Origin: Octopus vulgaris
Taxonomy: Eukaryota
Length of the DNA stretch: 64,000 bases
Direction: 5' to 3'
NCBI GenBank assembly: GCA_951406725.2
Contig: OX597831.1
Span: 33,976,001 to 34,040,000, forward strand
Of the stretch, positions 13,134-27,240 are shown piece after piece. Both the position numbers and the translations under genes were made by a program. The notes under the pieces were generated by a model. That model worked only from the letters and a program-made list of their open reading frames with translations. It was not told where the DNA came from and did no database searches. Positions within the stretch are counted from its first letter, which is position 1. The number at the start of each line of letters is the position of its first letter.

Positions 13134-13318
13134 TCTGTTTCAACACACGACTTCACATAAAAAATCTTGCACAACAAATATTTAAACGTATATATATACA
13201 GATATATATATAAACATATGTATGAGAATTGACGAGCCACATCAGAAAACTATTTCATGAATATATTTTCATATATGAATGAGCAAATATATACAAGCTT
13301 CGTATACGCATACATAAA

Positions 13319-13386
<68 letters not shown>

Positions 13387-13407
13387 TGTATATGTACATA
13401 TATATAT

Positions 13408-13438
<31 letters not shown>

Positions 13439-13439
13439 T

Positions 13440-13484
<45 letters not shown>

Positions 13485-13492
13485 TACATATA

Positions 13493-13681
13493 TATTATAT
13501 AGAGGACATTATTACACATAAATACCACACGCTAGGAGGGACTCTTAAAGAATTTCTGTTTTTAAACGTCTTGCTTCGAGAGTCGCATTCGGTGCGATAT
13601 GTTTATTTATTTTAGTAGTTTTTACTTTGAGTCCCTCCTAGATTGTGGCATTTATGTGTAATAATGCCCTCTATATAATAT
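13493..13681. repeat. Fold-back inverted repeat, arms of about 52 bp, adjoining (TA)n
   Basis: 13493-13545 pairs with 13629-13681. Confidence 0.8.
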
Positions 13682-13783
13682 AAATAAATATATTTCAGTG
13701 AAAAAATTGGTAGATTTTTTCTCTTATGAGGTTTTTCACACTAACTACTTGATAAATTCTTATGAAGATTTTATCCTAATATT

Positions 13784-13822
<39 letters not shown>

Positions 13823-14572
13823 GTGTGTGTATATATATATGTATATATATATATGTATATATATATACATACATATATATATATATATATACAATTTTAA
13901 TTACGCTATACACATGTACTCACTTCAAAAGCATACACATATTTGTTAATATATTACCTGATAATTTCAAAAATACATAAAATCATATACAGACGTACAC
14001 ACATCAAAACTTATATATATATATGGTCATATGCACACACTCACACACACACACACACATTTATATAAATACACACTCACCTCCAAACGTAAGCATTCAA
14101 AGTGCTAGGTAGATAAAAATTATTAAGCAAATCACAACAACAATAACTGGCAATGGCAACAAGATAGCAATGGCAACAAGATAGCAATGGCAACAAGATT
14201 CACCGAAAGTTACAGCAACAACAGTGACAACAACACCGAAATGTCAAAGAGTAGAAGCAACTTAACAAATGACGTGGCTATAGAGGTGAGTGTATAGGGA
14301 GAGTGCTGTTCTGTGTCACAGGAGGATATATAGTAAGTAATCCCACCCCCACCTGTTATTTATAACAATGAGTAAGTTACAACCATTAGCTTGATGTATT
14401 TTTCAATCGAATCCATTAAGAGACGCAGAATTAGCTAAGTACTGATCATGCACACACACACACACACACACACATATAATCTATAAAGATATATATTTAT
14501 ATATTTATAGATTATAAGTGTATATGTGTGTGTGTGTGTATGCATGATCAGTACTTATTTATTTTGCTTCTC

Positions 14573-14686
<114 letters not shown>

Positions 14687-14777
14687 TGTATGTATATACA
14701 TATATATGTATATATATACATATATATATGTATATACATATATACATGTATATACATATATACATGTATATACATAT

Positions 14778-14836
<59 letters not shown>

Positions 14837-15004
14837 AATGGATGAATGAATTTTCCTTTGTTCACTGTTAACATGGGAAATTCAATAAACAGTTTCCATT
14901 TATTTACTTATATATATATATGTATGTATGTATGTATATATGTATATATATACGTATATGTGTATATATGTATAGATATGTACATATATGTATATATATA
15001 TGCA

Positions 15005-15655
<651 letters not shown>

Positions 15656-16724
15656 GTACACATATGCATATATAGATACATGTATATGCTTATACATGCG
15701 TGCATACACACATGCAAATAAACGCACTTATTTCAATATTTAAACGCTTACGTACCTACCTGATTACAAATAGTACTTGGGAACGTAAGCCGATACGTAT
15801 GTATACACACGTTTCTACACACACACACACATACAACACACATATAGAAGCACTTCCATACAGTATATGTAAATATATGCGTACACGTATAGATATAAAT
15901 ACATACATTATATATATCTATATGATATACATATGCGTACGTGTATACTTGTATAAGAACGTATATAGAAACTTGCATACATTTAAACATAAGATTTAAA
16001 GTAAAAAACTTAAAACAGCTATTTTTTTTAGCTTTCATATCTGATACCAATGCCACTGCTGCTGCTGCTGCTGTTACTATTATACTACTACTACTGTTGC
16101 TGCTTGAATTATTAATTGGCTGGTTATTGTTTTGAATACAATAGATGGGATGAATCTTTCAGTTAAGATGGCTGGCATATTCATGTCGCACTGCTACTCA
16201 CCAGACGTAAATGACATAGGACAACATGACGGGATTGTACGTTAGCATCATTATCATCAACAACTACAACAACAACAACAACAACAAAATCAGCATGAGG
16301 AAAACATCGATGACAAATGGATTATCTTTGGACGTATGTATGCTGGACTAGGAATGGTCTGGGTCTAAATATTATCATCAAACAATATAAAAAATGGTGT
16401 CTGACACAATAATAAAGATCGCAATATTTGGAGGAAAAGAAAAAAGAGAAAACGTTAGCTCCAAATTAATGACTTATGGAAGCAATCAAAATTACAATAT
16501 TCTTTTCTCTTCTTCGTGCCACGACCTCAATCTAGATTTATGTAATTTTTCCATGCACAATCTTTGGGTGTACTGGGTCATTTCGTCATTCGTGCTTCGT
16601 GGAATCACTGTAGGAAGGGGTGGGGGATTTTTTCTTTCAAAATTCAGTGACTCTCATTTAGATAACCCAATTACTGTTTAGCCATCCCCATCGTATGTCA
16701 AGTTGACACTACCTGGGATAACAT

Positions 16725-17075
16725 TTCCCTTCCAGGCCACAATCTTCTTGGTCCAAAGTCACATACAAGCAACATCTGATGCTTTCGTACTTAACTTAAC
16801 GGCCTTCTGCCTACTGGCCCTTATGATGTTCAGTATGTCGCAGGGTCTATAGAGGGACAAGTCTGTGAGCCATCTGCATCCCATATGAATTGGACCACAC
16901 ATTGTTCATCATCCCTTGTTGCGACATAATAACACCAGCTAAGCGAATTTCAACGCCTCCTCGTTTGCTTCTTCAGTACAATCCTTCCATGAAATGGAGA
17001 GTTTTTTCAGAACCAAATGCTTGAATTCTTCTGAGATCGTATCGTGTCAGGTCTTGGCAAACTGTGGTATCAGCA
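16725..17075 (-). mobile_element. Degenerate 3' end of a Hero-like (RLE) non-LTR retrotransposon
   Basis: Minus strand reads RPD...LSISWKDCTEEANEEALKFA*LVLLCRNKG**TMCGPIHMGCR...ASDVACM*LWTKK, resembling the LRPD..ELTVPWE..EEA.ERK..KY..P.EVGCRG..ASRWLW C-terminus. Confidence 0.65.
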
Positions 17076-18209
17076 ACTGCAACAATAAGATAGCAAGTGC
17101 GGCGGGAGTGAAAAATATAATAATAGATTCACATTTCGGCACAAGGTCAGCTAACCTTTCTAATTTTAGCATAAGGCCAACTAAGCTTTCTACTTTTGAT
17201 ACAGGCCAGCAATTCTGAAGGGAAGAAGAAGTTGATTGTATTGAAACCATTTCTCCCCTCGTACTTACTTTATCGATCCCGAAAGGAGAAAAAAAACAGG
17301 AAAAAATTTTGTTGTCGGCGAGATTTCATGTCTCAGAACGTGAAGCATCGGAAGAAATGCCACAAAGCATCTAGTCCGATATATAAACGATTTGATTAGC
17401 TCGCCGCCTTAATTGGGGAGTATAGTAATTCTTTCTATTAATAATTTAGGCATAAAGACTGACATTTTGTGTAAGGGGTCCTATCGATTATATGAATGCC
17501 GGTGCATAATTGATACTTATCTAAGCGAACCCGAAAGACGACCACAGCGAATTCAGAACACAGAGACGTACGAAATACCACGAAGCCTTTTGGCCGGCGT
17601 GCTAACCGTTCTGCCAGCTTGCTACCTTAATATGGTATGTAATGATGGATTCCAGTTTTTGCACAAGACCAGCAATTTCGAGGAAGAGAGTAAGTTGGTT
17701 ACAGCAACCCCAGTACTCAACTGGAACCATTTTCTTTGTCAACTCCGAAAAGATGAAGGGCAAAGTCGATCCCGGTGGCACTTTAACACAGAATGTAAGC
17801 TCGGAAGAAATACTGCCTTAGTGAGGTGTATAGTAATAATTGAATACAGTTGTTAAAGAAATGTTCTGCAGTATGATTGCACTGTCCCAGACATTACGGT
17901 TGAGAGATAGAAGTACTTTAACAACCATTAATAAAATTACTAGACTTTGGACAGTATCATCGTTGATAAACGATCTACGTAATAAATACGAAATAATCAA
18001 CCAACCAACTAATTGGCAAGTAAACACTTGTTTGGGAGTGTTGCGATCGTAATCATAGGATAGTGGTTTCGATACCTAGACAGGGCAATGCGGTGTGTTC
18101 ATGAGAAAACCACTTTATTTCAGGTTGTCTCGGTTTACATCCTGCTGAAAATGAGTGGTAGTCGAGCGATAGTGCAACCTTTTTTCACTTCTGCTGTCAC
18201 ATCTTAGAC

Positions 18210-18867
18210 CAGTGGTTCTCAGCCAGGGTCCATATAAGATTTTGGTGTTAACATTTTTTTCCCCTTAAATTGTTTATTCTTCTGAAATACACATAATACT
18301 TTAACAATCTTGTTTATACATTTCCTAATAATATTTAATTATAAAAATATTATAATTAAATATTATTAGGAAATGTATAAAAAAAATTGTTAGGGTATTA
18401 TGTGTATTTCAGAAGAATAACCAATTTAAGACAAAAAAAAAAAATATTATGGAGGCGCAATGGCCCAGTGGTTAGGGCAGCACACTCGCGGTCGAAGGAT
18501 CGCGGTTTCGATTCCTAGACCGGGTATTGTGTGTGTTCATTGAGCGAAAACACCTAAAGCTCAACGAGGAGACCGGCAGCGGGTGGTGGCGATCCCTGTT
18601 GTACTCTTTCGCTCCAACTTTCTCTCACTCTTTCTTCCTGTTTCTTGAGTAACATTGCGATGGACTAGCGTCCCATCCAGCTGGTGGGAACACATACGCC
18701 ACAGAAACCGGGAAACCGGGCCCATGAGCCTGGCTAGGCTTGAAAAGGGCGCGTAAATAAATAAAAAATATTATAGAGTTTTTAAAACATAGAATGGCTA
18801 TGAGAGTCTAGAAGAGTAAAAAAGCAATCAAAGAGGTCCATAGGCAAACGATTGCTGAGAAACGCTG
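18210..18867. mobile_element. hAT (Charlie-type) MITE with an internal palindrome and a nested SINE
   Basis: TIRs CAGTGGTTCTCAGC / GCTGAGAAACGCTG. 8-bp TSD TCTTAGAC / TTTTAGAT. Confidence 0.75.
18450..18765 (+). mobile_element. SINE family C (tRNA-Arg-like head GGAGGCGCAATGGCCCAGTGGTTAGG), full length
   Basis: A and B boxes, (TAAA)n tail, flanking duplication AAAAATATTAT. Confidence 0.85.
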
Positions 18868-18934
18868 TTTTAGATGTTATGCAAGGACAAAGTGTCCATA
18901 TTTGTATCTAAAACAATTATCAGGAGGCATAGTA

Positions 18935-19278
18935 TAGGTTGGCTCGAAAGTCTTGTCCCCACCTATCGAAAAGTACTAAGAAAAATAAAGGGACAATATA
19001 ATAATATCAAACACATGTACTGGTTGTAATATATTTATTTTCATTGATACTGACATGAACACCATCGATTTCGTGGCACAGAATGATGCGGTGCCATGTC
19101 CTGTGTGATATTTTACGAAACTGTTGGTGTCATACGGACTTTCTCGATGTGTGACAGTGTTAGCGTCAATGCAAGGGAATATACTAAAATCAGTATATGC
19201 GTTAGATTTTGTTTCATTGTTCCTCTGTTGTTCATATAGCTTTTCGGTAGGTGGTGACAAGCCTTTCGGGTCACCCTA
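18935..19278. mobile_element. Tc1/mariner-type MITE
   Basis: TIRs of about 40 bp: TAGGTTGGCTCGAAAGTCTTGTCCCCACCTATCGAAAAG / CTTTTCGGTAGGTGGTGACAAGCCTTTCGGGTCACCCTA. Confidence 0.7.
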
Positions 19279-19611
19279 TTCATTTTGACATTTCGAACTC
19301 ACTTGCAAATGACGTTTGTACTTAAAAAAGAGGTGAAGGAAACCACTTTATTTTTATAAAAGTCTTTATGTATTGCCTTGCTATGGTGGATTGAAATAAT
19401 CGCTGGAATACCGGACAAAATGTCCAACGGTATTTTTCCGTCACTTTACGTTATGAATTGAAATTTCATAGAGGTCAACTTTGTCTTAATTGCATTATGC
19501 ATCTGAAATCGATAAAATAATACACTACTTCAGGATTGTGTGAACTTGTGAACTAGTGAACCTGTTGGTGCGTTGGACAAAATGTTTTGCGGTATTCTTC
19601 TGGAATTTGGC

Positions 19612-19780
19612 GTTGGCGTGTTTATGTCCCCGTAACTTAGCGGTTTGGCAAAGAGACCGTTACTAGGCTTTAAAAAAAACTAAATCCTGGGGTCGAATTG
19701 TTCGACCAAAACACTTCAAGGTGGTGCTCCAGCATGGCCGCAGTCAAATGAGTGACATAAGTAAAAAAGTAAAAGAGTAG
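19612..19780 (+). mobile_element. SINE family A, 3' tail
   Basis: CCCCGTAACTTAGCGG...GGTGCTCCAGCATGGCCGCAGTCAAATG. Confidence 0.8.
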
Positions 19781-19878
19781 AAGCGTATGATAGGGAAAAC
19801 TCGGTAACTAACATCTGTTACCAATGCACAGATACAGTTGTGTCTGTGATTAAAGCCTGTTCATTCTATCTACATTCC

Positions 19879-19946
<68 letters not shown>

Positions 19947-20027
19947 ATGTGTGCATATATATATATGATTGTGTGCATGCGTATTTATGATGTATATATA
20001 TGATATATACATATGTATGTATGCATA

Positions 20028-20064
<37 letters not shown>

Positions 20065-20117
20065 CATGAACTTCAGAGAAATATATCCTGCGTATCACAT
20101 GTGAGTACAGGACAGGA

Positions 20118-20250
20118 CTTTGAAATAAAACCTAGAAGTTCCAGACACTCAGCTGAATACTTGACAGACACTGACTTTGCTGACGACATCGCTCTTATCA
20201 GTGATTCTCTCTCCAATCCCCAGTCTCTTTTACAATCTCTCGAACAAGAC
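20118..20250 (+). mobile_element. RTE-type LINE reverse-transcriptase fragment
   Basis: KPRSSRHSAEYLTDTDFADDIALISDSLSNPQSLLQSLEQ contains the catalytic FADD motif. Confidence 0.8.
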
Positions 20251-20719
20251 TGAATATATAAACATGTGCCTGTCCAACAGTATATATATATACATCAATC
20301 ATAAGGGCATACAAATGTGCTTATGATTGATATGAATTTTAATTCTATAGCTGTATAATGCTATTTTAGGCTTGCAACCACTAATATTATTGTTGTTGTT
20401 ATTATCAACTATTTATATTATCCTGGATAATAATAACAATAATACATGTGGAATGAAAGGGTCACTGAAGAGGTCACAGACGTGTGACGAAAGATTTCAA
20501 GACAATGGAAACAACATAAAATAAGAACAATACTAAACGGGTGCAGAACGAATATAGAGCGCGTATGTTTATTTGGTCCGAAGAAGAAAAAATGAAAAGA
20601 AAATGACTATCCTGAAATGCAATATATAGCTACGCAGCCAGGAGGTAAAATTGTAAAATTAATAGCAAAGAAAACAGAAAGAAATGTTTGGGATTTATAG
20701 AAATTCTAATTTAGATTAA

Positions 20720-21200
20720 TCAAACTTGAAAGAGATCTTGAAAGCTGCCAATATGGGGAAATTTAGTTGTCAGAAGGAAATGGCAAGATAAAAGTAGAAA
20801 AGAAAGCAAAAAATTCGGGTCGGTAGTTAACGATTGCCACAGCAGCTCCATCTGTTGAATAAGGATAAAGTTTCGTATCGGATTCATTCCGAAATTTGAC
20901 TGGAGAAAAGAAATACTACCGAAGATTGCGCTTGAGATTAAACCGCATAACATAAACCAAAAACGTAAAGTATTTGTAACAATAGTCTGATAATTGTTGT
21001 GGAAATAGCAAGATAAGAAAATACTGCGAAGAGATTTCATTGTTGGCTGATGTTAATAAAGAAATTAAGTTTTTCTATCGGCGCCAATGTATCAATGTAA
21101 GCCAACAAATTTCTCAGTAGCAAGGAAATCGATAGAACAAGCTGGTTGATATTAGCAGAAACAAAGTTAATTCCCAAGAACAATACTACGGTAAATGGTA
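20720..21200 (-). mobile_element. Possible very old CR1/Jockey-group LINE 3' relic
   Basis: Only weak motifs: CYFHN (like YRYFH) and LLWQSL (like LWNSL). Confidence 0.3.
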
Positions 21201-21750
21201 TTGGACTAACGGCCAACTGGCTTGGTATCAAAATAAGTGTTTCCATTGAGTTACACACTGGTAAATGATAGCTAATATAAACCTTGTTAATGTGTCGCAG
21301 AGTAACACTTCGACAGTATTTAGTTGTCATTAAAAGTTGTAGTGAGCCGATGGCAAACTAGAGCTAACACAAGGAGCCAGTAAGTGGTCTCATATCCATC
21401 TAGAAATAACAACCAAATCTTACTCAACTCATGACATTTTACATTATTAAAGTGAGTTAATAAATTGTCCTGGATGAACTATGCTTTCAGTTAAGATAGA
21501 CTGATCATAGGTGGAGTGTATTTCATCATAGGTCTACTTGAGCTGAGCTGAGCTGACCGAGAGCTAAAATATAGCAACGACATATTTAGTCGATACTAAC
21601 CTTGTTAGTATGTCATATGAGATGAGATCCCTTCAACAGCATTTATTAATTAGCGCTCTCCTACCGTAATTTTCTTGCGGTGAGGCGCCGTATAGCGCTG
21701 CCGGTCATCGTGCGGTGACTGGAAAAGCATAAGAGAGGTAAACTCTTAAT

Positions 21751-21852
21751 TCAGCTCGCAGTGCTATTTGCTTAGTGTTTGTGACCGGTGAGGAGACAAC
21801 TACTCCGAAATGTTAACATCACACAGTCTATGTAGGTGGCGCTGCGAGCTGA
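21751..21852 (+). ncRNA. Hammerhead-like fold with an extended stem I and a mutated core
   Basis: Stem of about 30 bp rich in G-U pairs, core CCGGUGA, stem II GGAG/CUCC, GAAA, palindromic stem III AUGUUAACAU, AUC site. Confidence 0.5.
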
Positions 21853-22137
21853 TCTAGTTGCACACACATCAATTGTCTTCAAACGAGATATATTCTTTGT
21901 GACAACACACAGTAAGTAGCCTGTTCTCTGGTTCGAACGTGCATCAAGCATATTCGGACAATAACCATTGCAATTTCAATTATTACTGCTTAACGCTCCC
22001 CCTCCTTAATTAACTATTTAGTTAATTAAACATTGTGGTCATTAAACATTGTGGACCCTTGGATGCAATATACAAACAAGAGCCAACGAAGGAAGTTCCA
22101 GCATGGTCTTATGGTCATGATTGTAGTCTCTCGTAGT

Positions 22138-22336
22138 AAGGCGGCGAGCTGGCAGAAACGTTAGCACGCCGGACGAAATGCTTAGCAGTATTTCGTCTGC
22201 CGCTACGTTCTCAGTTCAAATTCCGCCGAGATCGACTTTGCTTTTCATCCTTTCGGGGTCGATTAAGTAAGTACCAGTTTGTTTGTCCTTGTTTGTCCTC
22301 TCTGTGTTTAGCCCCTTGTGGGTAGTAAAGAAATAG
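22138..22336 (+). mobile_element. SINE family B with a perfect 15-bp TSD
   Basis: GTAGTCTCTCGTAGT at 22123-22137 and 22337-22351. Confidence 0.9.
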
Positions 22337-22726
22337 GTAGTCTCTCGTAGTCCGAGAAAAAACTGCCATCACTGAACGACCGTCACAAATGATTTGTTGC
22401 TAGAGATAAAATGTATGTATCACACACTAGCTCACTTTGTGTGCACAGTGTACCACATGTTAGGTGTGAAGGTGATAGCAGAGCAGCATGTGACAAAGTG
22501 CTTTGCCTAAAAACACAACGCACACTTCGTCCAGGATTTGAAACCATGATCCCACGTTCGTGAGTGAAACACACCATTCACCGGCCACGCACCGTCACAC
22601 TTGTTATACCTAACTGGAAACAGTAGCTTAATCTCTCTCAATTCACAGCTTAATATCTTGTTATTGCTATCCATTATTACAGTTTTGAATATCTACATAT
22701 GCATTGAAAAGATTCAAAAGTGGCTT

Positions 22727-22810
<84 letters not shown>

Positions 22811-23002
22811 TCTGCTCGCTTAGCCAGCGGGATGGCGCCATTTGAAGGCTAAAACAATGCGAAGTGCATTGTGACCAGCGATGTGTAGCAACATCTGATA
22901 TCCTTGTCGGTCACGGTGATATATATAGGGAGAGTTTACGAAAAAAACAAAAGACGTAGACAGGTGGTGTACAAAACAAACAGATCTATTAGTATAACGC
23001 TC

Positions 23003-23050
<48 letters not shown>

Positions 23051-23059
23051 ATATATATT

Positions 23060-23278
23060 TATTTATTGCCCACAAGAGGCTAAACATAGAGGGGGCAAAC
23101 AAGTACAGACAAAGTGATTAAGTCGATTACATCAACTCCAGTACGAAACTGGTACTTATTTATCGACCCCGAAAGAATGAAAGGCAAAGTCGACTTCGGC
23201 GGAATTTGAACTCAGAACGTAGTGGCAGACGAAATACCGCTAAGCATTTCGCCCGGCGTGCTAACGATTCTGCCAGCC
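23060..23278 (-). mobile_element. SINE family B
   Basis: Reverse complement of the family B consensus. Confidence 0.85.
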
Positions 23279-23338
23279 CAGTCCGGGAATCTAACCCACG
23301 ATCTCGCGATCGTGAGTGCAACATCCTATCCATCTGGT

Positions 23339-23749
23339 CAGTGGTTGCCAAACCGGGGTCTGCGGGCCCCTGGTGGCCCGCAAATGTAGTATTGGGGGGG
23401 GGGGTCTGTGAACTAAATTTAAAATTTCGTATCTATGTATATATATATATATATAATATTATTTACTTTATTTATTTATTTATTTACTTACTTTATATTA
23501 AAATTTTTTATGTATTGATTAAGTCTCTCCTTGTTTGATTTGCAAAATAGTGGTTTTGTCTCGAATTAATATTATATAATATTTTACTATAAGATTGGAT
23601 TTAATCCTAAATCTGATTTTTTTTCCCTGTAATTTTGGATTTATTCCCTAATATTTATCATTATATATATATATATATATTTAAAGATAAGCATATTCAA
23701 AAGGGGTCCGTGGGAAAACTCATTTAAGTAAAAAGGTTGGGAACCACTG
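23339..23749. mobile_element. hAT MITE inserted into a family C-like SINE head
   Basis: TIRs CAGTGGTTGCCAAACC / AGGTTGGGAACCACTG, degenerate 8-bp TSD CATCTGGT / CACTAGGT. Confidence 0.75.
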
Positions 23750-25024
23750 CACTAGGTCATTCACCCCTTATTATGTGTATACTTGAGACAAAACAACATG
23801 TTTTCCTATCGCTCTGGCATTCTACTGTTCAATTGTTTATTTTTCCCTATCAACGTCAATAGATTCAAATCATGATATAAACAATAACTCTTAACACAGG
23901 CAAACAGCCGTCGAGAGACAAGTGATAATTAACAGCCGGTTGTCACTCTGATATTGATACATCCAAAATTACCAGATTAATTTCTTTCGATCTCTAAATT
24001 AAACACATTTGTTACTTTAATGTTATTGCCATTAAAAGGAATCGTATTTAATATCCTAGACGCAGAAGGATTAGATGGAGGGTTATTTATACAATGTTTT
24101 TAGATTAAATTGAGATGCAGCATGGAATGTTGTCAGTGAACATGGCGTCGTCGTCTCAAAGCGACGAAAATATTTTGAAAAATTAAATTTAAATGTTGAA
24201 GTAAATCTAAGGGTTTTTGTGTGTTTTTAAATGGCTTATTAGCATCTTCCACGCTGCAATTGTTATTTTTTTTTTTTGTTTTGCCTTTCCAACAAATCGA
24301 GTCTGCAAAACTGATTATTTTCACACCTGAAGCTAATTTATATCACCTACACCATTAACTTACTCGGTAGGGTGTTACACTTACAAAATCGAAAGATCGT
24401 GGTTTCAACTCCCGGATCGGGCGACGCGCTGTGATCTGAAGCAAAACACTTCATTTTGCGTTGTTTTGCTTTCATTCTTTCATCTGCAAACGGATAAGGA
24501 TTCGACTCGACGGACTGGCCATCTGTTCAGCAGTGGGGTGGCTGTGATATCAGTCACTTATGGAAATCGGGTAACCGGCTCTACGAGTCTAAGCACTGGA
24601 AATTAATGCTCAGAAAAGGCCTTTTAGATAGATACCACTAGATAACGGTATTAGATTATTAATGATGATAGGTGATTTCCAAATCTAGTGCTTTGGTTTT
24701 GCTTCGTCCATTAGCCCAGAGAGTTTTTGTACCTGAATAAATCGTTTTCTAATTGCAGTATTTTCGTCATCGTGATCGAGACTGCCGGCATTTTTCTAGA
24801 ATGAAACACGGAAACTTTGCTTCTGGGAGTTTCTAATATCTCATAAAATCTGTCCGTTGAATGTCTGATAGAAGTGTCGCCTATTTTTTAAAATTTTTTC
24901 CTCAAATAGGGGAAGTGGAAATGGAACTGAGAAGGAATTCACGGAGCCAGAAAAGATACAGACCCCACTCCCATATATACACATTCTTTTATTCTTTTAA
25001 AGGTCAGGCCTAGAGAATATCATT

Positions 25025-25428
25025 CACTTGTTTCAGTCATTAGACTGCGACCATACTGGGACACCGCCTTGAAGAACTTTAGTTGGACAAATAAACCCCT
25101 GCACTTATTCTTTTGAGTTTGGTACTTATTCTGTCTCCTTTGCTGAACCGCTAGCTTTCGAGAACGTAAACACACAAACACCAGTTGTCAAGCGGTAGTA
25201 GGGGAAGAAATCCATAAAGACATACAAACACACATGCACGCACGCACGCACGCACGCACACACATACATACAACGGGTTACTTTCAGTTTCCATCTGTCA
25301 AATACCTCTGAAGGCTTTGGCCGACGCGAGGCTTTAGCAGAAGGCACTTGCCCAAAGTGGATCGTTGTGGCAGTGAAAATGGGACCATGCGGGTGAGAAG
25401 CAGACTTCTTACCATTTTGCTACGCCGT
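25025..25428 (-). mobile_element. SINE family A, diverged
   Basis: Reverse complement of head, body and tail. Confidence 0.75.
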
Positions 25429-25449
25429 ATATTTATTATGCATTTAGAA

Positions 25450-25872
25450 AGGGCGGCGAGCTGGCAGAAACGTTAGCACGCCGGGCGAAATGCGTAGCCG
25501 TATTTCGTCTGCCGTTGCGTTCTGAGTTCAAATTCCGCCGAGGTCGACTTTGCCTTTCATCCTTTTGGGGTCGATTAAATAAGTACCAGTTACGCACTGG
25601 GGTCGATATAATCGACTTAATTCCTTTGTCTGTCCTTGTTTGTCCCCTCTATGTTTAGCCCCTTGTGGGCAATAAAGAAATAAGAAACGTTAGCACATCG
25701 GGCGAAATGCTTAGCGGTATTTCGTCTGTTTTTTCGTTCTGAGTTCAAATTCCGCCGAGGTCGACTTTTCGTTTCGGGGTCGATGAATTAAGTACCAGTT
25801 TCGTACAGGGGTCGATCTAATCGACTGGTCCCCGCCCCCAAAATTTCGGGCCTTGTGGCTACAGTTGAATAG
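25450..25872 (+). mobile_element. SINE family B dimer with TSD
   Basis: Two core units, flanked by ATTATGCATTTAGAA / ATTATACATTTAGAA. Confidence 0.85.
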
Positions 25873-26084
25873 ATTATACATTTAGAAGAAGAGCGGTGAC
25901 AGTAAATCCAATGGGTGCCAGCAGGCCGAAACTTCGAAGTTACTGTTACCTTCTTGTAAAAGTATGAGAGACATGTACTTTACACAAAAAATTATCGATT
26001 AATTGTGCAGTTTAATATTAAATGGTCTTTATTAAACTTGGCATCGAACAAACATCAACATATACTTAAAAACATTTTTATGTA

Positions 26085-26111
26085 TGTATATATGAATTCA
26101 CACACACACAC

Positions 26112-26170
<59 letters not shown>

Positions 26171-26372
26171 CTCACACACTCATATGTAATTATATACGTA
26201 TGTATATGTGTGTGTATGTATGTATATATATATATGTGTGTGTGTATGTATGTATATATATATGTATATGTGTGTGTATGTTTGTATGCATGTATATGTA
26301 TATATATGTATATGTGTGCATATGTATGTATATGTATATGTATGTATATGTGTGTGTGTATGTATGTATATG

Positions 26373-26439
<67 letters not shown>

Positions 26440-26590
26440 ATGTATATATATGTGTGTGTGTGTGTGTGTGTATGTATATATATGTATATGTGTGTATGTA
26501 TGTATGCATGTATATGTATATATATGTATGTGTATGTATGTATGTATGTATATATGTATATATATGTACATGTGTGTGTATGTATGTATA
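26085..26590. repeat. Compound (CA)n/(TG)n/(TATG)n microsatellite
   Basis: Directly visible. Confidence 0.95.
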
Positions 26591-27240
26591 CCACCACTCC
26601 TATACATATAAATATTGTATCAGACATTTTCTCAAAAACCGATTAAATAAACAAAAGAACAAACAAATTATAAGCCTGCAATAAAAACAATAATATTTTA
26701 AAACCCAGAGAAATAAATAAAAGTAATAAATTGTTTTTTAAACTTGCTAATAGCTATAAATTGGAGGCAAACTTCCGGTTATTAACGACGTAGCCGTGAC
26801 ATGATGGCCCTTGAGAGTCACCAAACTCCTTTCTTTTCACAACTAAAAACTAAGACATTATACATATTTTAAAAACATAATAAATCAATTATGTCAATTT
26901 ATAAACAAGATTATACATACATACATATATACACACGCACGTGTGCGCGCACACACACACATACGCCGACAGACAGACAGACATACAGACACACACACAC
27001 ACACACACACATATATTCTAATCAATGAAGCTGTTTAGCGTGAACGCTGATGTTGCTGTGAGGGTAGGAAATTTGGTTTGTAATTTAGTGATTTTTAGGT
27101 TCGATGTCTCTAAGCGACGTCTTGGATATGTACTTCAACCCTAGCCTCTGGTTGTTCAAAATCTCGAGGGTTCGATTCAGTTGCATGGCAGCACTTTAAG
27201 CAAGAGCACATATATATTTTTTACCATATTTTCGGATTAG

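Noticed and set aside
18450-18525. Intact tRNA genes at SINE heads
   Set aside because: They continue into SINE bodies and tails, have TSDs, and form imperfect cloverleaves.
21828-21843. CTCF-like word TAGGTGGCGC
   Set aside because: Only a partial match, and better explained as part of the hairpin arm.
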